Below, in pieces: positions 26,449-34,879 of a stretch of DNA of 64,000 nt; the first letter of the stretch is position 1; each line of letters starts with the position of its first letter. The notes under the pieces are model-generated. The model did not search any database. It saw nothing but the letters and a program-made list of their open reading frames with translations, and had not been told where the DNA came from. Made by a program: the position numbers and the translations under genes. The DNA comes from a virus. Location of the stretch: IMG/VR virus record IMGVR_UViG_3300031962_000002, positions 1-64,000 of that record; one strand, written 5' to 3'.

Positions 26449-27866
26449 TCACTTTTCCCGTTAACAGCCAAAAAATGTGGCAATGTGGATGGCAAAGCCA
26501 ATTGTGATTTATAACACTCCAACATTTTTGCTTTTGTCTCCAGTTCAAAAGTAGTTGGTTTGATCTCGATTCTGCCAGTGGTGTACAATTCTGTTTTAGT
26601 GTAAGTCAAATACTCCATACACTTGTCTCCGAACAATTCACGGCCTACTTTGTTCACCAGATCATGTTGAAGATTGCCACCTTGCAATGCTGGGATGTAA
26701 ACTACTCCCGGTCTGAATGCTTTCAGCCTTTCGCGCAAAATTTCTTCACTCAACTCCGTGTCTTTGATTCCAAGGAACACCACTGGGCAACCTGCGATTG
26801 CCATTGCGTTGATTGTTTCTTGCCTACGTATTTCAGCGTCACATCCAATGTCACCGCGTTCGGGCTGGATATGGCTATCTGTTATTACGCACACTAGAGG
26901 CGTGAGTCTAAGCAATGTAAAGGCTCCGAACAAAGACTCATCGTCATTATGGATTGATAAAAACAAAACATCATTAGGTAACTCCACTTCTGTTCTAGCC
27001 CAGATCAATCCTTGATTGTTGGCCGTTCTCGCCATGCGTTGCCATTGTAACTTGTTCTCTGCTGTGGCGATGATAGCCATAAATTCAATAGCTTCCCGAA
27101 AATTAGAGTTTATTTTTAGGCATTGAAGAACAGCCGCCGCACACTCTTCAATTCTTTCCAATCCCAACCAGCATTGAGCCATGATTAAATAAGCCTCTGC
27201 TATTTCTGCGGGCCAGTTTGAAACAGGAATGTATCGCTTTAATACATCTATCGCCTCCCAGAATTTTCCTTTGTAACTATACTCTCTCCCGAGATAGAAA
27301 AGATTACGAACAGGATTCTTTTCGGCTTTCACGGTGGCCTCAAGCATTCTTAAAGAACGATCAGGGTCAAGGGCATGAGCTGGGCTATAACCGTACTGGA
27401 TTTTGATGTCTCCAATTTCTTCTCCTTCGCCTGGAATGTTGAGATGTTTGTGGATTGCTGACTCCCAATAAATTTCAGGACAATTTCTAAATATCCTTCC
27501 AAAGAAAAATTCATTTTTGTCATGCTCTGAAATCATTTTGACTCGTAATACATCTTTGGCTTGTTCAACAGCCGCCCTAACTTCGGATTCTGTACTCAAC
27601 ATTATTTCATCAGCGTCTAAGGAAATTACGAAATCCTCCTTCGCCCTTGACTTTATCAAATTTTGGTGATACGAAAAATCATCAATCCAGATACTATCAA
27701 GAAAAACATTCGATGTATATTGTTTGCAAATTTCAACAGTACGATCGCTACTCCCTGTATCGAGAATGTAAATATTTTCCACCCATTTTATTGATTCGAG
27801 TGCCCTTGAAATAAGAGCCTCTTCATTTTTGCAGATGATACAGCAAGCGATTGTTTTACTCATCAA
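26436..27866 (-). CDS. GT2 glycosyltransferase-TPR-PIG-L deacetylase fusion
   Basis: ICKNEE, DTGSSD and LDADE (GT2); FYLGREY and EAYLIMAQC (TPR); HNDDE and QH (PIG-L/LmbE). Confidence 0.85.
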   Translation of the reverse strand: MMSKTIACCIICKNEEALISRALESIKWVENIYILDTGSSDRTVEICKQYTSNVFLDSIWIDDFSYHQNLIKSRAKEDFVISLDADEIMLSTESEVRAAVEQAKDVLRVKMISEHDKNEFFFGRIFRNCPEIYWESAIHKHLNIPGEGEEIGDIKIQYGYSPAHALDPDRSLRMLEATVKAEKNPVRNLFYLGREYSYKGKFWEAIDVLKRYIPVSNWPAEIAEAYLIMAQCWLGLERIEECAAAVLQCLKINSNFREAIEFMAIIATAENKLQWQRMARTANNQGLIWARTEVELPNDVLFLSIHNDDESLFGAFTLLRLTPLVCVITDSHIQPERGDIGCDAEIRRQETINAMAIAGCPVVFLGIKDTELSEEILRERLKAFRPGVVYIPALQGGNLQHDLVNKVGRELFGDKCMEYLTYTKTELYTTGRIEIKPTTFELETKAKMLECYKSQLALPSTLPHFLAVNGKSEWLL

Positions 27867-28222
27867 ATGATTTTTAATTCTTCACCTGTCAAAGAAAAAT
27901 ATAGATTTTGGAGTTGATGAACAAACTGACAAGGAGCCCCAGTGAATGCTGCGTCCCAAATATGTTGAATTTCTTCATCTAATGTTGGCAATTGAATTTG
28001 AAAGCATTCATTGTCTGGTCTTTGCCAAAGTCCATCTTCATCGATTCCTTCAAATCCTAATTTTGCAAGCCATTCTTCGGTGAGTGGAATTGGTTCACAA
28101 AATGAATAATGATAATTATTAATGTGATTATTTTCTATTTTATGAACTGTCTGTTCACCAGGCCTAAATACTTCGTCAGTTGTTTTTATCCAATTCCCTA
28201 TTCGTAATTCGTTTGTTTTCAT
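27863..28222 (-). CDS. Conserved-type Bacteroidota phage protein
   Basis: NELRIGN...PIPLTEEWL..LGF...VHQLQNLYF.LTGEEL. Confidence 0.8.
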   Translation of the reverse strand: MKTNELRIGNWIKTTDEVFRPGEQTVHKIENNHINNYHYSFCEPIPLTEEWLAKLGFEGIDEDGLWQRPDNECFQIQLPTLDEEIQHIWDAAFTGAPCQFVHQLQNLYFSLTGEELKII

Positions 28223-28347
28223 TTTTTAATTTCGGTGTGATCCTTCAAAACTTTCTCCATATATGGTTTCAACTTGCGATCATCTTTGTCAGCAAGTTTT
28301 TGTAATTTTTTGATTACTTCTTCTGAAAGGTTAATGTCTTTTCTCAT
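28219..28347 (-). CDS. Ribbon-helix-helix DNA-binding protein (42 aa, not in ORF track)
   Basis: MRKDINLSEEVIKKLQKLADKDDRKLKPYMEKVLKDHTEIKK; ATGA-coupled to the next gene. Confidence 0.75.
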   Translation of the reverse strand: MRKDINLSEEVIKKLQKLADKDDRKLKPYMEKVLKDHTEIKK

Positions 28348-28464
28348 ATTTAAAAAGAAAAAAAAGAGGACGCGACAAACTTCAAAGTTACATTTTCGGC
28401 CTCTTTTTTATAAATACGCATTTCTGCGTACATCATGCGGTAAATGTACACAATTATTTCAAAT

Positions 28465-28505
28465 AAAAAAGGAGGCGACCTGTACAGTCTTTAACCTCCC
28501 TTTTC
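28465..28505 (-). terminator. Intrinsic terminator after the decoration-like gene
   Basis: Minus strand reads ggagg...gactgtacaggtc.cctcc-tttttt. Confidence 0.6.
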
Positions 28506-28527
28506 AGTTTTAAACTTTGAATTTCGC

Positions 28528-29082
28528 TTACGTAGCCGTCTGCCATCCTGCTGTCGTCCCAGCTGTGGTCGGGATAACCGGTGCCGCAAAGTGCTTGCGC
28601 TTTCCTGCCAGGATCGTAAGGGCTGCGGTGGATCCATCAATCGGTGAGGTTGTACCCCTGCCAGTGATCGTAATCGAGCCGGTAGTGGTGTTGAATACAA
28701 CCAGAACTTTGCGATAGAATGGATCAGGGAGGACAACGCCTCCGCCATTTCCGGCGTTCACTTCGTGGATGTACTTGGTGGCATCCAAGGCCTGCGTGCC
28801 ACTGGTCGCGGTGACAGCTTCATACTTGCTCTGAAAATAAATGCTCGATGTCGCTCCTTGTGAGAGTGCTTGGATCGCCTGAAAGTCAGAGAAACTTTCA
28901 TAGGTTCTCACTCTTTTTGGGCGTTTGTTCAGTTTGATGACTAGATCATCAAGCGGAACGTCGCCAGGTTCGAGTCCTTCAATGTCGATGGATTGGAGAA
29001 AGAACACTTTTGGCCTTGTCCTGAGAGGCCCGGGGCCGATTCCTTTAGCCGTCACTTGGAGGGCTATGTCACTGTTTGCCAT
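28528..29082 (-). CDS. Putative head decoration/fibre protein
   Basis: Thr/Gly-rich C-terminal beta domain; follows the portal gene, with its own promoter and terminator. Confidence 0.55.
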   Translation of the reverse strand: MANSDIALQVTAKGIGPGPLRTRPKVFFLQSIDIEGLEPGDVPLDDLVIKLNKRPKRVRTYESFSDFQAIQALSQGATSSIYFQSKYEAVTATSGTQALDATKYIHEVNAGNGGGVVLPDPFYRKVLVVFNTTTGSITITGRGTTSPIDGSTAALTILAGKRKHFAAPVIPTTAGTTAGWQTAT

Positions 29083-29142
29083 TTTTGATAATTGTTTTGG
29101 TTTCGCAAACCTCCCAATGGGGGACTGGTTATTCGCTCATAA

Positions 29143-29174
29143 CAAATGTAAAGTGGTATTGTTGGATTTGCAAA
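29143..29174 (-). promoter_or_regulatory. Consensus Bacteroidota primary-sigma promoter
   Basis: Minus strand TTTG (29174-29171), N20, TACATTTG (29150-29143). Confidence 0.7.
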
Positions 29175-29176
29175 TG

Positions 29177-31609
29177 CTATTTACCGCTAGGTTTTGGTTT
29201 TGCGTTCGCTGCCGCCAACTGAAACCTACCTACGGTTTCGGCTTTCATCAATTCGGTAAACCGTCTCTCTTCCTCTGCCGAAAGTTCTTTGCCTCTTTCC
29301 AACTGGATTTTAACATGCAACAAGAAAGCCTCATTGCTGGCTTTTTTATCTTCCAGCGCCATTTTTCCTTCTATTTCTTGGTTCATTAACCCAGATTTAG
29401 CCTGCATCTCCATTTGCAGCCCTTGTTGGGCGGCTTGTGCCGTGGCCTGTGCCGAAGCGATGTTCTTTTGCTGTTCGCCTTGATATTGGGCCTGCATTTC
29501 TTGCTGTTTGAGGTCTTGTTTCTGCTTCCGATACATTTTAAGCAGTCGGATGGACCTCCAGATATTTGGTTCCATTTGGATTTCAAAGGCTTCCTCTTCA
29601 TAGAGAGTACCATTGGTGATGCCAACTTGGCAGTATTGATTGATCCACTGCCGCATTTCTTGAGTAGGTTGCTTCATCAAATAACACCCCAGTTCGTGAT
29701 AGGTCAAATCCGAAAGAAGTGCTGGAATGGCCATGGCCTGAATCCCGAGCGCTTCCGTGTATTGTGGTGCCAGCCCTGTAGCTGCCATCCCAGTAATATG
29801 CATCACAGTCCGCTGGTGAGTCCCCAGATTGATCGAATCGAATGCGAAGTACAATTGCCTCAAGGCATCGTCAGTCGCTCCTGAAGCCATTGTAGCCACC
29901 GCTTTGCCCATTTCTGAATTGGGAGTACTTGCGTCTGTCAACTCATTTAAGCCGATCTGATCGCGTAGAAGGTTGATATTTTGGATAAGGAAGCTAAAAT
30001 GCTTCTCCATGGCATTTGATATGCCTCCGGCTAAAGGCTGGATTGGTAGATTATTCCGGATGTTTCCCTGGGCATCGCGCGTCCGGATCAATTGGATACC
30101 TGTCTCAAAATAGATTTGAAGGGCTTCCTTCGGGGTGATGGCTTTCCCTCCGGCTCCCTGAAGGCTGATATCCTGAAGGGCTGTGAAGTCGATCGCAAAC
30201 CCAGCGGGCACCGATTTGGCGGCATGGTGCTGGAATTGTAGCCACTGGATTTGGATGTTATCAAGGGTAGGAATAATGCTGTCGATAATGCAGCGCTTCA
30301 TCTTATAGATAGTGTACGGCCCTACTGTTTTGCCAAGATCCGACTCGTTTTTGAGGATATCCTTGCTTTTCCCGTATGAGCAAACAAACTCCGTCCCTCT
30401 CACCCAGAGACATTGATACTGATTATCTAGCGTGTACCGTACTACTTTGCTGTTATTGACCTTATTGAATTTTTCTTCTGTTAGGCCAGGATTTTTCTTT
30501 TGAAGGTCATTCCACCAGGAATATTCCTTTTGACTCACACTGACATTTCCAAACTGATTTTGACCGACTTGATAAGTTTCCCAGTCAGGAGAAAACCACA
30601 CAAAGTCGCCAATCGTTATTTTGGTATTGTCCCATGGATAGCACAAGTTTTCGCTGAAATAAGTCTCGGTGTTAACTGAATCAAAATTTGTTCTCATGGC
30701 CTGTTCTGCCATCTTTTTGTATTCATCTTCGGTGAACTGATCGCCCGCTATCTCTTTGAATTGACCGATGGTCAAATCCCAGTATTCACCGATGTACTTT
30801 ACATCGTCACACAGGCTTTTGCTGGTAGAACTCATCACCATCCTCTCCGGCACACACCGTCTGCGAACAATTTTGTTCCTCACACGGTAAACCTTTGTGA
30901 CTCCTACACCTATCTCAATCAAATCACGGGCGGCTTCTGCAAGTATGTCGGTGTAGTTGTCATTCTCGTTCATTATTTTCAACAAGTCCTGAATGACCAT
31001 GCAATAGTCCTCTTTGTAGAACATATCCATGAACACGTTGATCTCGGCCATGTTCTGTGGCGTGCCCATCACCTCTTCCTGCGCTGGTTGCTCGAACTGA
31101 ATTCCTGTTTTCTGTGTAACGCCTTGCAAAAAACTGGAATTCATAACGTACTCCTGCAACTCCATTTTCTTTTTTCTTCTGGCGTCCTGCGCCCGGACAT
31201 CCACGGCCCGGATACCAATGTCATTGTTTTGCTTCATCAATTTGCCAAGCAAAACATTCACATATTTTGACGCGATGTCCAATATCTCCCAGTTGAGAGC
31301 TCGGTAACTATGTGCCGTTGGATCACGGCGCGCTCGTTTATCATTTATCCCTAAAATGGGTTTGTACTTGTCAATGGGCTGGTTCCCTCTCGCATACGCC
31401 CTTCGTTCGGTGTACTTATTTGCATTGATGCCATTTCGAGTGGTGTTAAATCCAGGAAACAGACCGTTATCGGTTCCATTTATTCCTACTCCGTTGATGG
31501 CTTTTGCCCATTTAATAGCATATTCCTTTGATGCCTTCTGCTCTGGACTTAAAAAGTCAGAGGGGAATCTGGGATTGCGGACGTCCATTTCCATTTCTGC
31601 CATAATCAA
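29177..31609 (-). CDS. Portal protein
   Basis: 810 aa immediately after terL, with a podovirus-like Gln-rich coiled-coil C-terminus. Confidence 0.85.
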   Translation of the reverse strand: MIMAEMEMDVRNPRFPSDFLSPEQKASKEYAIKWAKAINGVGINGTDNGLFPGFNTTRNGINANKYTERRAYARGNQPIDKYKPILGINDKRARRDPTAHSYRALNWEILDIASKYVNVLLGKLMKQNNDIGIRAVDVRAQDARRKKKMELQEYVMNSSFLQGVTQKTGIQFEQPAQEEVMGTPQNMAEINVFMDMFYKEDYCMVIQDLLKIMNENDNYTDILAEAARDLIEIGVGVTKVYRVRNKIVRRRCVPERMVMSSTSKSLCDDVKYIGEYWDLTIGQFKEIAGDQFTEDEYKKMAEQAMRTNFDSVNTETYFSENLCYPWDNTKITIGDFVWFSPDWETYQVGQNQFGNVSVSQKEYSWWNDLQKKNPGLTEEKFNKVNNSKVVRYTLDNQYQCLWVRGTEFVCSYGKSKDILKNESDLGKTVGPYTIYKMKRCIIDSIIPTLDNIQIQWLQFQHHAAKSVPAGFAIDFTALQDISLQGAGGKAITPKEALQIYFETGIQLIRTRDAQGNIRNNLPIQPLAGGISNAMEKHFSFLIQNINLLRDQIGLNELTDASTPNSEMGKAVATMASGATDDALRQLYFAFDSINLGTHQRTVMHITGMAATGLAPQYTEALGIQAMAIPALLSDLTYHELGCYLMKQPTQEMRQWINQYCQVGITNGTLYEEEAFEIQMEPNIWRSIRLLKMYRKQKQDLKQQEMQAQYQGEQQKNIASAQATAQAAQQGLQMEMQAKSGLMNQEIEGKMALEDKKASNEAFLLHVKIQLERGKELSAEEERRFTELMKAETVGRFQLAAANAKPKPSGK

Positions 31610-31615
31610 AGATAT

Positions 31616-34600
31616 TTAATTATCAGTCGTATCTAAAACAAATTGGGAATTAACGCCTGAGTTATCATAAGTCTCGAACCAATCTTCAATCTTATGTTTT
31701 GGCGCATCATCCTCTCTTTCAACTTTCTTTTCAGCGTGCGCCAATGTGAATCCAGAACTTACGGTAGCATCTGATTTTGTTGGGTTTGTTGGGTCAAAAC
31801 CAAGCCAGTCTTCAATCGTATTATCGAAAGGCATTGACCCAATTCTTGTGTTGATAAAGGCAATTATGCGCCTGGTATAGTAGTCAATAACTTCTGGCGT
31901 TGTGGACCATCCTGCATCGTCAGAACTGGTTTGTATCTCCATGTCTGACCCAACAAAGTCTCTCGGATAAGCCAGAAATTTTTCCAGTCCATTGGTTTCA
32001 AAGTAATCGTTCAGGGAAGGAACGTTTCTTTCAGGCATCAATTTACATCCAAGAAAAATGCAAGCCATTGCTGTATCCTCAAATGACGTTTCTGGGTCTT
32101 CTGGACGGTTGATGTATTCAAATATGAAGTTAGATGACTCCCAGTCTTTCTTTTCTTTTCCGTAGTCAACGGACATATCGAATAATCTATATCCATGAAT
32201 GGCTGCTTTTGATGCCCGTGGGTCTTTCGTCTTTGAATACTTTATCGGGTCACTCCCTATCCTGAAAAGGTGATCGTTTTTCGGAAATAGCATCTGTCTG
32301 GAAAATCCTTTGTTGTCGTATCCCCATGCTTTTCCAACATTGTTCAGAATTTTTACATTCTCTGGGTCTTTGATCTTGCTAAATTCATCGGGGAACCAAG
32401 CCCAATTAAATCGGCCTGCGTGATCATCCCGTTGCCACCATACTGGCCCAAATTTCTCTTTCACCCAATATAAATTCCCTTTTACATACGGCAATCGGGG
32501 CATGTTTCTTATTTGCTCTAACCGGTTGGTCAGCAACATGACATTGAAAATAGACTTGCTCTGATCTTTGATGAAAGCTTCTGCCTCATTACGAGGGCTT
32601 TTGCGCATACGGCCTGACAGCTTTTTAAGGTCATGTTTCACCGCGTCAAAGTCATTCTGAATTTTGATGTTAGCGATATTACGGTTCACATTCCCGTACT
32701 TGTCACAAGGAATGCCGTGGTTGACCCCTTTTAAGTCAATATATGGTACTAGCGAAGTGTCAGTATCTAATGCGGAAATAAGGTGAAAGTGAATCTTGGA
32801 TGTGGTGAATCCGTTGCCATCCAAAATTTTCATGTTGCTGTCCTTTCTTAATTTCAAACACTCATCACCGCCTTCATTCATCTCTTCAACCGTAGATGTT
32901 TTTCGTAACAATCCTATCTTGCGATTATTCCGGAACACACATTTCAAATTCACCTCATGGCGAACGTAAACATCGGCAACTGTTTTTGGATTGGTGTTGT
33001 GAGTGACTTGACAATCTCCTAATAAATGTTGCTTATCTCCATCTAAAACGAACCCAACATATTGCGAGAACCCATTTTTTTGAACAGAGAACCCACAGCG
33101 TAATGGATTTCTCCTATTCACATGATGTTTGTTTATTTTTGGAAATTGTTTTCTCTTAACTTTTGTTGGAATGTCTGATAAATCTCCAAACAAGAATAAC
33201 CTATACACTTTGCAGGAATATATTGTACCATCTTTTCTTTTCATGGTCGCATTTTTCTCAGCAATGGAGCAATAAAATCCAAGTTCAGTTGATAATCTAT
33301 GAATGCCCTTGGCTAAAACTTCAAGTTTTTGCGTTATCTCACAATTCTGTCTATTTCCTGAAATTGTTGCATGACCATCTGAGTCGATTAGGCCGGCTAA
33401 TAATTTTAAGCGACTTTCTCTATCATTTATTAAATAGTCCTTCGGGATGTGTTTGTTCTTTTTTAGATTATACAATTTCAGAATTCCGTGGAATGTCTTA
33501 ATCCTAACACTTTGTGTTCTATTGACAGGTTCAACAAGTCTGGAAATTCCTTTATAGGTTGACAACAACCAATTAAGCACTTCCGGATCGGTATTGGTTA
33601 TGTGCATTGCGCATTTATTCCCATCTCCGAGCCAAAGACCTAATAAATAAGGATCTATCCATGTTTTTTTGAATTCATATTCAACTGGAACTTTAAATAA
33701 TAAAAGATGTTTCTTAATTGTTTTATTCAATTTCAAGTAAGAATCAATTGTTATTGTGACGGTATCGTCTTTCTTAAATTTTTTGCCATTTAAATTTAGT
33801 GTTCTATGATTGCCCCATTTCAAAACTAATTTATGACCTGAACTACATGACCATTCATCCCATCCTTTTTTAGGTATTATTTTAAACGACTGGTCAAATC
33901 CTAATTTAATTTGTTGAATGTTTCTTATGGTTGAATCTGGCCCCATTAACTTATCAGAGATAGCAATCTCATCGGCCCTTTTTATGTGACCATTGTGTAA
34001 TAAAACTTTTGTTTCAGGTGCTAAACATTTCCCTATCTCATCCTCAAATAGGTCTGAAAGTGTGTCTGAGTCAAGTACCTTTTCACCTGGGCCCGCAGCA
34101 AAAATTGTACTTAGCAATTCATAGTCTGCACCATATTCTACATTGATACTTTCTTTTCCACCTACTGATCTACGTCTGAATACGAGTTCGCTTTGAGTAT
34201 TTGTACCGTGAGTGAATTCTGGCTTAAAGAATTTTGGAAGAGCATTGAATAATGGTACCATCTTGGCCTGAATCAATACTCCTTTTGCATCGTCTTCAAG
34301 GTGCTTGCTTTGAAGTGCTGCTCGATGATTGTGGTACATCGTTGCGCGATTTGTGATACAGGCCAACTCTTCGTTGGTTTTTCCTGTCGCCCTGGGGCCG
34401 ATGATCATATACCCCATGCTGTGAGGATTTTCTTCACACCATTGCCGTATCCTGAAATTGTCAAGAGAGAAATGATAATAGAATGGGTAACCATTATTTT
34501 CCTTGTGATCAAACTTGCACCATTGCAGATAGAAATAATGATGGTTAGTCAAATAAATACATTCGCCATTGATCATTACGTGAACCCCATACATTCTACG

Positions 34601-34879
34601 ATACCATTCACGCCTACGATAGCGTTCACACATCGCATCCACATAGACGGTTTTCTTTTTCCCCCTCAAAACAAGATCCCGATCTTGTCCTTGCTTAAAC
34701 TCTTCTTCCAGTGATCTTTCGATATACCATTTCGGAACAGATTCACGTTTCCAGTATTGTTCTTCGATCGGTAATCCGTAATTGATAATTTGTGAAGTGT
34801 CCGTAGGTACGGGTGGAATCCAGCATTGAAAGCCCTCGCCGACTGTAATTTTTGTTCCGTTTTTTATAGGATAGAACAT
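31616..34879 (-). CDS. terL: Terminase large subunit containing an intein
   Basis: Walker A GPRATGKT, Walker B LFEDEIGK, nuclease motifs IGSDP and KSDATVS. Confidence 0.9.
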   Translation of the reverse strand: MFYPIKNGTKITVGEGFQCWIPPVPTDTSQIINYGLPIEEQYWKRESVPKWYIERSLEEEFKQGQDRDLVLRGKKKTVYVDAMCERYRRREWYRRMYGVHVMINGECIYLTNHHYFYLQWCKFDHKENNGYPFYYHFSLDNFRIRQWCEENPHSMGYMIIGPRATGKTNEELACITNRATMYHNHRAALQSKHLEDDAKGVLIQAKMVPLFNALPKFFKPEFTHGTNTQSELVFRRRSVGGKESINVEYGADYELLSTIFAAGPGEKVLDSDTLSDLFEDEIGKCLAPETKVLLHNGHIKRADEIAISDKLMGPDSTIRNIQQIKLGFDQSFKIIPKKGWDEWSCSSGHKLVLKWGNHRTLNLNGKKFKKDDTVTITIDSYLKLNKTIKKHLLLFKVPVEYEFKKTWIDPYLLGLWLGDGNKCAMHITNTDPEVLNWLLSTYKGISRLVEPVNRTQSVRIKTFHGILKLYNLKKNKHIPKDYLINDRESRLKLLAGLIDSDGHATISGNRQNCEITQKLEVLAKGIHRLSTELGFYCSIAEKNATMKRKDGTIYSCKVYRLFLFGDLSDIPTKVKRKQFPKINKHHVNRRNPLRCGFSVQKNGFSQYVGFVLDGDKQHLLGDCQVTHNTNPKTVADVYVRHEVNLKCVFRNNRKIGLLRKTSTVEEMNEGGDECLKLRKDSNMKILDGNGFTTSKIHFHLISALDTDTSLVPYIDLKGVNHGIPCDKYGNVNRNIANIKIQNDFDAVKHDLKKLSGRMRKSPRNEAEAFIKDQSKSIFNVMLLTNRLEQIRNMPRLPYVKGNLYWVKEKFGPVWWQRDDHAGRFNWAWFPDEFSKIKDPENVKILNNVGKAWGYDNKGFSRQMLFPKNDHLFRIGSDPIKYSKTKDPRASKAAIHGYRLFDMSVDYGKEKKDWESSNFIFEYINRPEDPETSFEDTAMACIFLGCKLMPERNVPSLNDYFETNGLEKFLAYPRDFVGSDMEIQTSSDDAGWSTTPEVIDYYTRRIIAFINTRIGSMPFDNTIEDWLGFDPTNPTKSDATVSSGFTLAHAEKKVEREDDAPKHKIEDWFETYDNSGVNSQFVLDTTDN
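32996..34027 (-). mobile_element. Intein with a LAGLIDADG homing endonuclease (344 aa)
   Basis: Starts CLAPETKV and ends VTHN|T; contains PYLLGLWLGDG and LLAGLIDSDG. Confidence 0.92.
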
